Below, piece by piece: positions 7,801-15,966 of a stretch of DNA of 59,213 nucleotides (position 1 is the stretch's first letter; each line of letters begins with the position of its first letter). This DNA is from Candidatus Saccharimonadota bacterium (lineage in GTDB: Bacteria > Patescibacteriota > Saccharimonadia > Saccharimonadales > UBA4665), in contig JAICKY010000001.1 in the NCBI GenBank assembly GCA_025927655.1, forward strand, positions 1 to 59,213, given 5' to 3'. The notes beneath the pieces were generated by a model that ran no database searches, was not told where the DNA came from, and saw only the letters and a list, made by a program, of their open reading frames with translations. A program made the translations under genes and the position numbers.

Positions 7801-8802
7801 TCAGCTTGCCAGATCAGCTCCTACGCCGGTACTGTTACCGTTGCCGGCACCGCCTGTATTGCTACTGCTTGAACTGGTGTTGCTGCTAGTGGTAGCATCG
7901 CCCGTGCTGGCTTGCTGCGTGTTGGTAGCGGTGATGCAAATAGTGTTGTTGTTCGTGACTGTGGTTTGATTGTCCACATTCGATGAAATAACGTTTGATG
8001 AACCTGGTCCGGTGGCGCTTATACGCTCCTGTGACACAGCGGCAGTTTGACCGGCTCCGCGCCCCGGTGTTACGGCTGTAGCAGCCGATACTGTCGGGCT
8101 GGCTTGCGTTGCAACTGCCGGAACGACTACTGCGCTAAATCCGCCAGTTCTAGTTCCATGCCCTGTGCTAACGGCTGGAGCGCCTGGTGCGACCCGTACG
8201 CCGGTCTTAAGAACCTTGGTTGGAGGCAGCTGCTTTGCTATGTGGGTATTGTTCGGTACGCATGGATTGCCGGTGTCAGGCGTGTTGCCGACGGTAACGG
8301 AAAGATTGGTGCTGTTGCTATTGGTCGCATTGCCTGAAGCGGCATCGCCGCTGGTTGCGTTGCCACCGTTCAGATCCTTCGGCCAATTGCTATCGCTATT
8401 AAAGAGTGACGGAGTGGTGCCAGAGAGCCCGCCGGAATCTGGATCACTGGCTTGTGGTGCCAGAGAATCCAGGCTGGATGATGCGTTATCGGCTAGTGTT
8501 GAGCCTGAGTTATTACCGTTAGTATCGGCTTGAACGTTTAGCGGACCAAACCAGCCACGCCCCGAGTCCCCTACAGTGGCATCGCCGCTGGTTGCGTTCT
8601 GGTCGTTCGTATTTGTAACATGTATGTCGGTATTGTTTTCTACCGTGCATTCATTGGTAGTGCTAGTTTTGATGATATTCGTGGAATGTGGTCCGGTATT
8701 GGTAATAGTTTGGGCTGAGGGAGCCCCGGTCAGCCCCATTCCTGCCATTAGTACTGCGGTACTCATTGTTGCCATACGGCCTGCCAGTGTCATGCTGCCC
8801 AT
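7801..8802 (-). CDS. secreted Asn/Thr/Ser/Gly-rich protein with two copies of a 44-aa module
   Basis: AGGAGG lies 6 nt upstream of the ATG. There is a signal-like N-terminus (AVLMAGMGLTGAPSAQ). The modules ITNTGPHSTN...NATSGDAT (aa 33-76) and ISATGPGSSN...ASTGDAT (aa 261-304) share 22/44 identities in a gapless alignment. Confidence 0.75.
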   Translation of the reverse strand: MGSMTLAGRMATMSTAVLMAGMGLTGAPSAQTITNTGPHSTNIIKTSTTNECTVENNTDIHVTNTNDQNATSGDATVGDSGRGWFGPLNVQADTNGNNSGSTLADNASSSLDSLAPQASDPDSGGLSGTTPSLFNSDSNWPKDLNGGNATSGDAASGNATNSNSTNLSVTVGNTPDTGNPCVPNNTHIAKQLPPTKVLKTGVRVAPGAPAVSTGHGTRTGGFSAVVVPAVATQASPTVSAATAVTPGRGAGQTAAVSQERISATGPGSSNVISSNVDNQTTVTNNNTICITATNTQQASTGDATTSSNTSSSSSNTGGAGNGNSTGVGADLAS

Positions 8803-8915
8803 GTTTGCCTCCTAGATCTTCTTACAACTTCCTACAACAGAGACTATAGAGTTGCGTGCATGCCAAATCAGTCCGTTTTCTTACTAAAATACGGAATACT
8901 TCTGTAGCCAGAACG

Positions 8916-9347
8916 TTAGCGGTGGTACGGCAAGCCTGCGTTGATGGTGCTGGCTCGAAACAGTGCTTCGAGGGTGACGACCATGGCCAGATCGTGCGGC
9001 AGCGTGAGGCGGCTGAGGCTCCACTGGAAGTCGGCACTTGTCCGGATGATATCCGGCAGGCCATCGGGGCCGCCAATGACGAAACTGACTTCGCGGGCTT
9101 CCAGCTCCCGGATTCGCAGAAAATCCGCCAGTTCCTGGCTGTGCATCGCCTTGCCTTCTATTTCGAGTACTATAGTGTAACTGCCAGCGGTGACTTCGCG
9201 GAGTTTAGCGGCATCGCTCGCGTACTTATCGCTGAGCTGTGTCACACGCACGGTGTGTAATCGTTGCAGGCGGCTTAGATAATCATCCCAGCCCGTCTGG
9301 GCATAGGCGAGTTTTGGCCTGCCGATGGTGACAATATGCAGTTTCAT
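8916..9347 (-). CDS. rlmH: 23S rRNA (pseudouridine1915-N3)-methyltransferase
   Basis: MKLHIVTIGRPK...VSFVIGGPDGL...SLSRLTLPHDLAMVVTLEALFRA...GLPYHR. I set the start at ATG 9347, because the track ORF start at 9419 would overlap the upstream gene. Confidence 0.85.
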   Translation of the reverse strand: MKLHIVTIGRPKLAYAQTGWDDYLSRLQRLHTVRVTQLSDKYASDAAKLREVTAGSYTIVLEIEGKAMHSQELADFLRIRELEAREVSFVIGGPDGLPDIIRTSADFQWSLSRLTLPHDLAMVVTLEALFRASTINAGLPYHR

Positions 9348-9360
9348 TCTATGCCGCTTT

Positions 9361-10065
9361 CTAGTCTGCCCGACTTGCGTTATTCGCCGCCCGTTCCAGC
9401 ATTTTCTCGAATAGATCACCTTTCCTATCTGCCGGATTGTCTGGGTCGAGAAGGTCTCTGAGTCGTTTTAGGCCAGCAAAAGCTCCAGATTTGACAGTGC
9501 CTTCAGGACAGCCCAAGATCTGGGCTGTTTCGGCAACGGAACGGCCTTCTACATAGCGTAGCAGGAGTATTTTTGATGTTCTTTCGCTCAAACCGGCTTG
9601 CTCAAACAACATGCCAATGCGCTCCTTTGAGCCATTCAAAACCTCTTCCTCGGCGCTAGGGCCGGTGCTCCTCTCACCGAAAACAGCCTCTATATTGTCG
9701 ACGGGAATTGGAGTTTTGCTGTCTGGACTTTTGCGGTACGAATCGATAACAGCGCGCCTAGTCACTGTGCTGGCGAGAGCATGTATGTTATTTATGGGTG
9801 CCCGTTTCTGCCTCTCATTGTCAGTAGGGCGTGAGGGGAAATATCCTCTTATAAGATTAGCCAGACCTGTTTGAGCGTGGTCTTCGAAATTGCTTCTATT
9901 GTCCCCACGCATGGCCACGTGTTTAACAGTTGGCATAATTGCCCTGCACACTGCTTCAAGAGCGTCTCTGTCGCCGGCTTGCGCGCTTTCGACTAGATCT
10001 GCCAGGCTTGCTTCCGCATCTGGTAGATTGTGCGCGCGAGATGATTCGGTACTCGATTCGACCAT
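9361..10065 (-). CDS. sigma-70 family (ECF-like) RNA polymerase sigma factor
   Basis: 234 aa. Region 4 HTH LLLRYVEGRSVAETAQILGCPEGTVKSGAFAGLKRLRDLL. An AT-rich TATAAT-like region lies upstream. Confidence 0.75.
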   Translation of the reverse strand: MVESSTESSRAHNLPDAEASLADLVESAQAGDRDALEAVCRAIMPTVKHVAMRGDNRSNFEDHAQTGLANLIRGYFPSRPTDNERQKRAPINNIHALASTVTRRAVIDSYRKSPDSKTPIPVDNIEAVFGERSTGPSAEEEVLNGSKERIGMLFEQAGLSERTSKILLLRYVEGRSVAETAQILGCPEGTVKSGAFAGLKRLRDLLDPDNPADRKGDLFEKMLERAANNASRAD

Positions 10066-10105
10066 AATTATATAAAATTATAGAATAATCAGTATATTTT
10101 CGCAA

Positions 10106-10714
10106 TCACAGCCTGGCTATGCCAAGATTGTGCCTGGTAATGATGGTTTGGTTGCCGAGTAGTTCGTGGGCGGCTTTGGCGGCGCCGGGGAGCGCTTCGC
10201 GGGCGTAGTCATCGATGATGATGACCCCGCCCTGCTGCATCTGTGGCAGCACGAGCCTGAGCGAATCCCGGATGCTCTCATAAAAATCACCATCCAGAAA
10301 TGCGAAGGCTATTTTTTTGGGTACTTCCACATCTGTTATATCGCGAAACCAACCTTTATGGGTTATGGGTGGCCGCAACCCTGTTTTCTGAAATTGCTGC
10401 AGGAATTGTTTTTTGCTGACTGCTAGCTCCCCTGCCTGAAATTGGTCTCCTGCTCTGCTTTCATCCTGCATGGTTTTGGGAGGCAGCCCTTCAAATGAAT
10501 CGTAGACATGGAATTCCCTGTTATCTCTGTATGATTCCAAGAGGCGGCGAATAAACAAACTGGTGGTGCCAATGTAGCAGCCAAACTCCACCACCGCCCC
10601 ATCCAAGCCATTTGTGAGTATTTTTTCCAACTCATGCAAAATAACATGCAACTGGTTTTTGTTGACCTGGTCGGATACAAGCGGGTATTTGCTAAGAAGT
10701 TGTTCGGTGAGCAT
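10106..10714 (-). CDS. TylF/macrocin-O-methyltransferase-family class I SAM-dependent methyltransferase
   Basis: GAVVEFGCYIGTTSLF (SAM motif I) and FAFLDGDFYESIRDSL...GGVIIIDDY. The start is probably ATG 10714, because the track start at 10753 overlaps umuC. Confidence 0.7.
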   Translation of the reverse strand: MLTEQLLSKYPLVSDQVNKNQLHVILHELEKILTNGLDGAVVEFGCYIGTTSLFIRRLLESYRDNREFHVYDSFEGLPPKTMQDESRAGDQFQAGELAVSKKQFLQQFQKTGLRPPITHKGWFRDITDVEVPKKIAFAFLDGDFYESIRDSLRLVLPQMQQGGVIIIDDYAREALPGAAKAAHELLGNQTIITRHNLGIARL

Positions 10715-10724
10715 AATGTGGCTA

Positions 10725-12005
10725 TTATAACAGTCTGACCTCTGGTAATTCATCCCAAGCTGAAGTGTAGCGTGGACTGTTGAGCCGTTTGCGTGGTTGC
10801 CAAGATTGGCTTAGGGTTTCGGCGGCAAATTTGAGTGTGCCTTTTCCGTGCCGCAGATTGACCGTGTCGACGGCTCGCATACGGGCGCTACTGCGATCAC
10901 TCTCCGGCAAGTTAACGGTGCCGAACAGGTCGGTTTGCATGCCGGATTCGGGCACAAAATCGCATAGCAGCACATCCGCCCGGTGATATTCCAGCCTGCC
11001 ATTAAAGTTGCTGGCCAGCATGCGGATGAGCTGGCTGGTGATAGCACCGGTATCCGCGGTGGGCGTGTAAAACCGCACGCTTTCGCTCGCTTGCTGATAC
11101 CCAGGCCGATGCCGGTTAGTACGAAGCACGACGACGGCGCGCCGCGCTAGCTGGTGTTCGCGCCTGAGGGCTGCGGCTGCGCGAGCGCTCAGGCTGGCGA
11201 TAGCGGATTCTATAACGTAAAACTCCCGCGTGTCTTCGCCGAATTGCCGCCCGCGCATGATCATCTGTTGGGGTTTGTGGCTGTGCTGGAGCGGCAGGCA
11301 GGTCACGCCGTTCAGCTCGTCGTGCAGTTGCCTGCCGTGAATGCCCATGAGCTGCTGTGCCTGCCGTAGATTCATCTGGCGCAGATCAAGCGCGGTGTGG
11401 ATGCCTTCGGCTTTGAGTTTTGGCGTTAGCTTCCAGCCGACACCCCAGATATCATGTACCGGTACTTGATTTAAATAATGGTCAGTTGTTGTTCCCTGCA
11501 CTGTCAGGCCCAGGACGCCATGGAGCGTGGGGGTCTTTTTGGCGCGGTCGCTGGCCAGTTTGGCTAGCGTTTTGCTGGTACTGATGCCGATACTGACTGG
11601 CACCCCCACGTTTTTGAGCACGCTGGCACGTACCACGCTTCCCCAGGCTTGATAGTCGGCAATGTTTAGCTCGGAAAGGTCCAGAAATGATTCGTCTACG
11701 CTGTAAACCTCTATGCGCGGGGTTATGCTTGCCAGCAGATTTGTAATACGCTCGGATATATCGCCGTACAATTCGAAGTTGGCGCTGAATGCTACCACTC
11801 CGTGCCGTTTGAAAAAATCGCGGTATTTGAAATGCGGTGCTCCCATGGGGATGCCCAGGTCCTTGGCCTCTTGGCTGCGCGACACAGCACAGCCGTCGTT
11901 GCTACTGAGCACGACGACCGGCTGGTTTTCGAGCTCCGGCCGAAAGAGGCGTTCGCAGCTGGCGAAGAAGTTATTGCAGTCTATGAGTGCGTAGGTTGAT
12001 TTCAT
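10725..12005 (-). CDS. umuC: Y-family DNA polymerase, UmuC-like (translesion synthesis)
   Basis: MKSTYALIDCNNFFASCERLFRPELENQPVVVLSSNDGCAVSRSQEAKDLGIPMG is the classic UmuC/DinB N-terminus. 426 aa. Confidence 0.85.
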   Translation of the reverse strand: MKSTYALIDCNNFFASCERLFRPELENQPVVVLSSNDGCAVSRSQEAKDLGIPMGAPHFKYRDFFKRHGVVAFSANFELYGDISERITNLLASITPRIEVYSVDESFLDLSELNIADYQAWGSVVRASVLKNVGVPVSIGISTSKTLAKLASDRAKKTPTLHGVLGLTVQGTTTDHYLNQVPVHDIWGVGWKLTPKLKAEGIHTALDLRQMNLRQAQQLMGIHGRQLHDELNGVTCLPLQHSHKPQQMIMRGRQFGEDTREFYVIESAIASLSARAAAALRREHQLARRAVVVLRTNRHRPGYQQASESVRFYTPTADTGAITSQLIRMLASNFNGRLEYHRADVLLCDFVPESGMQTDLFGTVNLPESDRSSARMRAVDTVNLRHGKGTLKFAAETLSQSWQPRKRLNSPRYTSAWDELPEVRLL

Positions 12006-12099
12006 CTAAAGGTGCCACTACTGCTTCTTCTGCCCTGGCCTGAACGGTTCGTATCCGCATGCTGGCGGGTCTGACTGGTAGGCTTGCAGCAGGATTTGT

Positions 12100-12489
12100 T
12101 TAACGCTTATCATGAGCTGCTCCTCCGAACGGATGGATAATGGCCGTCACCGTGCCCCATATGTTCTGGCGGGTGACTCGCTCGAACGGGCTTAGTGCAA
12201 ACTCCCCGCCGTCTTGCCACCAGACCACCAGCTCGCGTTCACGCGGGTTTAGTGCCCGGTCTATGATTGCGATGTCGCCGTCGAACACCCCGTAGCGGTT
12301 CCAGCTGTGTCCTCGTATGCGGAAGAAGTATGTACTGCTGGGGTGGCGGACCAGCAGTTTGTCTAAACTAAGTGGTATACCGCTGCGTTCGGCTGCCGGG
12401 TTGGGAAACCCGGCATGTACTGCTACGGATGTCCCGGTATGGTGGCTGGCGCTGTAGGCCCGGGCGCCGTCCTCGGTCAGTTCGTCCAT
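12100..12489 (-). CDS. S24 peptidase-like protein, UmuD/LexA C-terminal domain family
   Basis: GFPNPAAE...LLVRHPSSTYFFRIRGHSWNRYGVFDGDIAIIDR...GGEFALSPF aligns by eye to UmuD GFPSPAADY...[29 protein letters not shown]...GEFTVKKL. Confidence 0.75.
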   Translation of the reverse strand: MDELTEDGARAYSASHHTGTSVAVHAGFPNPAAERSGIPLSLDKLLVRHPSSTYFFRIRGHSWNRYGVFDGDIAIIDRALNPRERELVVWWQDGGEFALSPFERVTRQNIWGTVTAIIHPFGGAAHDKR

Positions 12490-12671
12490 AGTATGTCCCG
12501 CATCCAGCTAGTATTAGCACTGCCGGTAGTATGTAAGCTGTTGGTTGCCAACTGTGGTAAGTGGCGAGGGGTATGCGTCAGGTCGAATGGAGTGCGTAGG
12601 GTGACAGCCTTGGCGCCTGGGAAATACTTCCGGATGAGATCCAGGTCTTCTTCGAGGTATGTACGCTTCAT
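12477..12671 (-). CDS. hypothetical small protein (64 aa), second gene of the umuDC cassette
   Basis: AAGGGAG lies 8 nt upstream of the ATG. The start overlaps the stop of the 83-aa ORF by 1 nt (TAATG), and the stop overlaps the umuD-like start region by 13 nt. Confidence 0.45.
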   Translation of the reverse strand: MKRTYLEEDLDLIRKYFPGAKAVTLRTPFDLTHTPRHLPQLATNSLHTTGSANTSWMRDILWTN

Positions 12672-12922
12672 TAGAAGGCTCCCTTCATGCCAAGCAGTGT
12701 CCAGCTGTCGCCGTTCTGTTGCAGCCGGTAGGTCAGGCCGTCCGCCCCGCTCATATCAAAGAGCCGGATTGCTTCGGCGCCGCGCTGCACCAGGTAGCGT
12801 AAGCCGCTGGCGAATGTGATTGCGTTGCCGCCGTATTCGATTTGGCGTGGAAAGGTCTTCATTTCACGGCCGGCAAAGTAGTATGCGTTAACGTTTACGG
12901 GTGTGTTGAGAGTTTGGGTCAT
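12671..12922 (-). CDS. hypothetical small protein (83 aa), first gene of the umuDC cassette
   Basis: AGGAG lies 7 nt upstream of ATG 12922. The composition looks like a compact globular protein. No family recognised. Confidence 0.55.
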   Translation of the reverse strand: MTQTLNTPVNVNAYYFAGREMKTFPRQIEYGGNAITFASGLRYLVQRGAEAIRLFDMSGADGLTYRLQQNGDSWTLLGMKGAF

Positions 12923-12929
12923 AGAGAAT

Positions 12930-13065
12930 CTCCTACAAATTGAGAGTAATAATAGAAACCGATTGCTAAGGTCTAGATCGGGAACGGAGGTGTAAGAGAG
13001 GCTTTTATGATTGCAAAGCGCCGTTCGCAGTTTGTAATCTATCTAAAAAACCTGATTTGTAGGAG
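12930..13065 (-). promoter_or_regulatory. leader with an 11-nt anti-SD/SD inverted repeat
   Basis: CTCCTACAAAT (12930-12940, plus strand) and ATTTGTAGGAG (13055-13065) are perfect reverse complements. On the minus-strand mRNA the upstream copy can pair with the RBS (AGGAG) of the 83-aa ORF. Confidence 0.4.
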
Positions 13066-13342
13066 TGGCGCACAGTGACCGGAGTGTGATTGCCAATATA
13101 TGAGTCTGTAAAGTAAAGACGATAGTTAAACCGCCAGTCCTCACATGGCTACCAATAACTATACGCTTTTGCCTGTAGGCTGCAACGTGATTTTCACCAC
13201 GATTTATCAGAGTCAGGGGTTCACTAAGTTGAATTATTTACTAGGTAACCCACCCCCCCCACTTCTGTTCCCTGCCGCTTGCGGCAGTTTCCGAAAGGAA
13301 TAATGAATAGTTGTTGGGGGTGTTTGCTTTATGAGTCAAAAT

Positions 13343-15460
13343 CTACAAGCGGTTCAGGTCTTTGGCGGGTTTGTGGCCGGGCCACCAGACTTTGTAGCCA
13401 AGCAGCGCTGCAACGGATGGTACGAGCAAGGTGGCTATGATGAACGCCGATAGCATGATGCCGAAAGCGACGGCGAAGCCCAGCTGCGCCAGCAAACTGA
13501 TGCCAGCCAGTGCCAGCGACCCGAATGTGCCGGCTAGAATCAAACCAGCCGAGGCGACGGTTGCCCCGCTGTGTTCGATGGTCATATCAGCTGCGGCGTG
13601 CGGCTTAAGGCCGCCGCGGACTTCTTCGCGCAAGCGGGTCATGACCAGGATGTTGTAGTCGGTGCCGATGGCTACTACGAATATGTAGACCATGATCGGG
13701 ATGAAGAATATCAGCCCGGCATTGCCCTGAATGCCCTGGAACAGGTAGGTAGTGCCGCCGAGCGTAGCGGTAAAACCAAGCGCCACGGCAACCAACAAAT
13801 ATAGCGGCCCCAGTATGCTGTGGAGTAGCAATACTAAGATGACGAAGATGATGACTGCGGCCACCGGCAAGATGACAGCCAGGTCCCGGTTCACAGCCGA
13901 TCGGACATCGGCGAAGGCAGCGCTTTCGCTGCTCACGTATGCCTTCGCATGCACCGAATCGCCAAGCTTATGAACGTCTGGCCGGAACGTATCGGCGACA
14001 AAGTTAAGCGAGCTGTCGGATGCGGCACTGCCCGGCAGGTAAACGGTCACCTGCATCGTGTTGCCGTCCTTGGATATCTGAGGGTCGCCCCCGGCTAGCT
14101 TGGCTTTGGGCAGATCACCGACCTTTTGCTGGATGGCTGCGGCCTGCGCGGTGGTAAAACCGCTGTCTCGTACGAAATACACTTCGGTAGGTGATATCGC
14201 GCCAGCCGAGAAGTATTTGGAAACGTCTTTGTAGGCTTTGGCGGATTCGGTGTTCTGTGGCTGCTGCGAGGTAAAATCGTAGCTGGTTTTGAGCTGCGTG
14301 TACCCGGCTGCCAGGGCTAGCAAGATGACCAGCGAACCACCGGCGATCCAGCCCGGATGCCGGGCGATGATGCCGCCGACACGCTTTGATACCGTGCCGC
14401 TTGGCGGTTTTTGCCAGGCCTTGCTCGGCCAGAAGATCTTTGGTCCGATGACGCTAATGACGGCCGGGATGAGCGTGAGCACTGCCAGGAGCATAGTTAG
14501 CACGCATATCACCAGACCCGGCGCCAGGTTTTTAAACAGTCCGAAATCAGAGAAACCCAGCGCGGCAAAGGCCGAAGCAACCACGAGTGCGGCCGACAAT
14601 ATCGCCTCGCCGGCACGGCTTAGCGCAAAACTGACCACGTCCCGGCCCCTTTCGCCGGAACGCAGTTTTTCGCGGTAGCGGAACAGCAGAAACAGAATGT
14701 AATCAGTGCCGATGCCGAACAGGACTACGGTGTACAGGATGCTTAGCTGGTCGCTGATTTTGAAGTTAAACGTTTTGGCTGCCAGTGCAATCAATGACTG
14801 CGCCAGCGCGTACACCAGGCTGACTGCTAGTACAGGGGCAAAGGCGGCAACCGGGCTGCGGAAGATAATCCCCGGTAAGATGATAACCAGTGCGAACGTG
14901 GCCATGGTTACGATTTTGGTGGCGGTTGTGAACGAACTGCTGCTATCAGCATTGAGTGCAATGTTACCGGTCAGCCCAGCTTGCAGGCCGGGATCGCTCA
15001 GTGATTTCTTAACCTGGTCGCGGATCTGTTTTACGAGCGTAACATCAGATGCACCACCAGTTGACTGTGTCGTGACTACGACTTGCACCATCTGGGCTTT
15101 GCCGTTTTTGGAAACAGCTTGGCTCGAAGTATGCACTCCGGCTACTTTTGGCAGATGGGAATTCTGTAGATCGGTTGCTAGCGCCTGTACAGCTGTCTGG
15201 TCAGCATCGGTCAGCTTGGCACCGTCACGGCGTTTTACCAGGAGTAGCTCTACATCATCCTTGGACTGCGGAAAGGCTTTATCGGCTACCTTCCCAGCCT
15301 GCACAGATTCGTATTTGCTGGGCAGGAAGCTGGTCTGGTCGCTGCTGGTAACACTGCTGAGCTTAGGCGAAAAGGCGGTGATAAGTACGGCTACGATAAC
15401 CCAGGCGCCAATCACCCACCATCTATTTCTGACAATGAAACTTCCCAGCTTGTTTAGCAT
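13343..15460 (-). CDS. MMPL-family (RND superfamily) membrane transporter
   Basis: 705 aa in two blocks of about 6 TM helices separated by soluble loops. GTDYILFLLFRYREKL and GTDYNILVMTRLREEV are the duplicated MMPL signature. Confidence 0.85.
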   Translation of the reverse strand: MLNKLGSFIVRNRWWVIGAWVIVAVLITAFSPKLSSVTSSDQTSFLPSKYESVQAGKVADKAFPQSKDDVELLLVKRRDGAKLTDADQTAVQALATDLQNSHLPKVAGVHTSSQAVSKNGKAQMVQVVVTTQSTGGASDVTLVKQIRDQVKKSLSDPGLQAGLTGNIALNADSSSSFTTATKIVTMATFALVIILPGIIFRSPVAAFAPVLAVSLVYALAQSLIALAAKTFNFKISDQLSILYTVVLFGIGTDYILFLLFRYREKLRSGERGRDVVSFALSRAGEAILSAALVVASAFAALGFSDFGLFKNLAPGLVICVLTMLLAVLTLIPAVISVIGPKIFWPSKAWQKPPSGTVSKRVGGIIARHPGWIAGGSLVILLALAAGYTQLKTSYDFTSQQPQNTESAKAYKDVSKYFSAGAISPTEVYFVRDSGFTTAQAAAIQQKVGDLPKAKLAGGDPQISKDGNTMQVTVYLPGSAASDSSLNFVADTFRPDVHKLGDSVHAKAYVSSESAAFADVRSAVNRDLAVILPVAAVIIFVILVLLLHSILGPLYLLVAVALGFTATLGGTTYLFQGIQGNAGLIFFIPIMVYIFVVAIGTDYNILVMTRLREEVRGGLKPHAAADMTIEHSGATVASAGLILAGTFGSLALAGISLLAQLGFAVAFGIMLSAFIIATLLVPSVAALLGYKVWWPGHKPAKDLNRL

Positions 15461-15541
15461 ATATACCTCTCCAACAGATGATGTATCAATAGTTTACTGC
15501 CTAAACTATATCGTAGCCTGCCGTGCAGGTCAATTAGGTTC

Positions 15542-15943
15542 CTAGATGTCGAGATGGCTCAGGAATTCGACCAGCTCTTTCGGAGTGATCTCTGCTTTTA
15601 CCAGGTAGCCGTCGGCCTGCTGCTCGATATCCGCCCGTATATCTTCACGTTGCTCCAGGTTTGTCGTGATGATAATTTTGGCGTGCATCTTCGGTGTTTT
15701 GGCCGGGTCGCGCAAGGTGCGCAGCACTTCTATGCCGGTGATGTTCGGAATCATCAGGTCCAGCAGGATAATGTCGTACATGTCTGTCTGCGCTACGGCG
15801 AGACCCTTCTGGCCATCCAGCTGAACATCTACCTGGTAGCCTGCCCGGGTAAGCGCACGGGTGTATAGTTCGCTTATAAAGTGCTCGTCTTCTATACACA
15901 GCACGCGTTTGGGCGCTGTGGTAGTGGCGGCATCTGATTGCAT
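15542..15943 (-). CDS. single-domain response regulator (CheY-like receiver only)
   Basis: 133 aa. VLCIEDE...DIILLDLMIPNITGIEVL...ITTN...GYLVK. No output domain. Confidence 0.85.
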   Translation of the reverse strand: MQSDAATTTAPKRVLCIEDEHFISELYTRALTRAGYQVDVQLDGQKGLAVAQTDMYDIILLDLMIPNITGIEVLRTLRDPAKTPKMHAKIIITTNLEQREDIRADIEQQADGYLVKAEITPKELVEFLSHLDI

Positions 15944-15966
15944 ACAAACATTCTATCACGAGCTAT

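Noticed and set aside
14706-15545. 279-aa + strand ORF inside the MMPL gene, and similar long antisense ORFs at 18077..18793, 38853..39863, 50589..51464 and 35068..35586
   Set aside because: Each lies opposite a gene with clear family motifs. Each has the Ser/Arg/Cys/Pro-rich composition typical of antisense frames, and none has an RBS. I treat them as shadows of the real genes.
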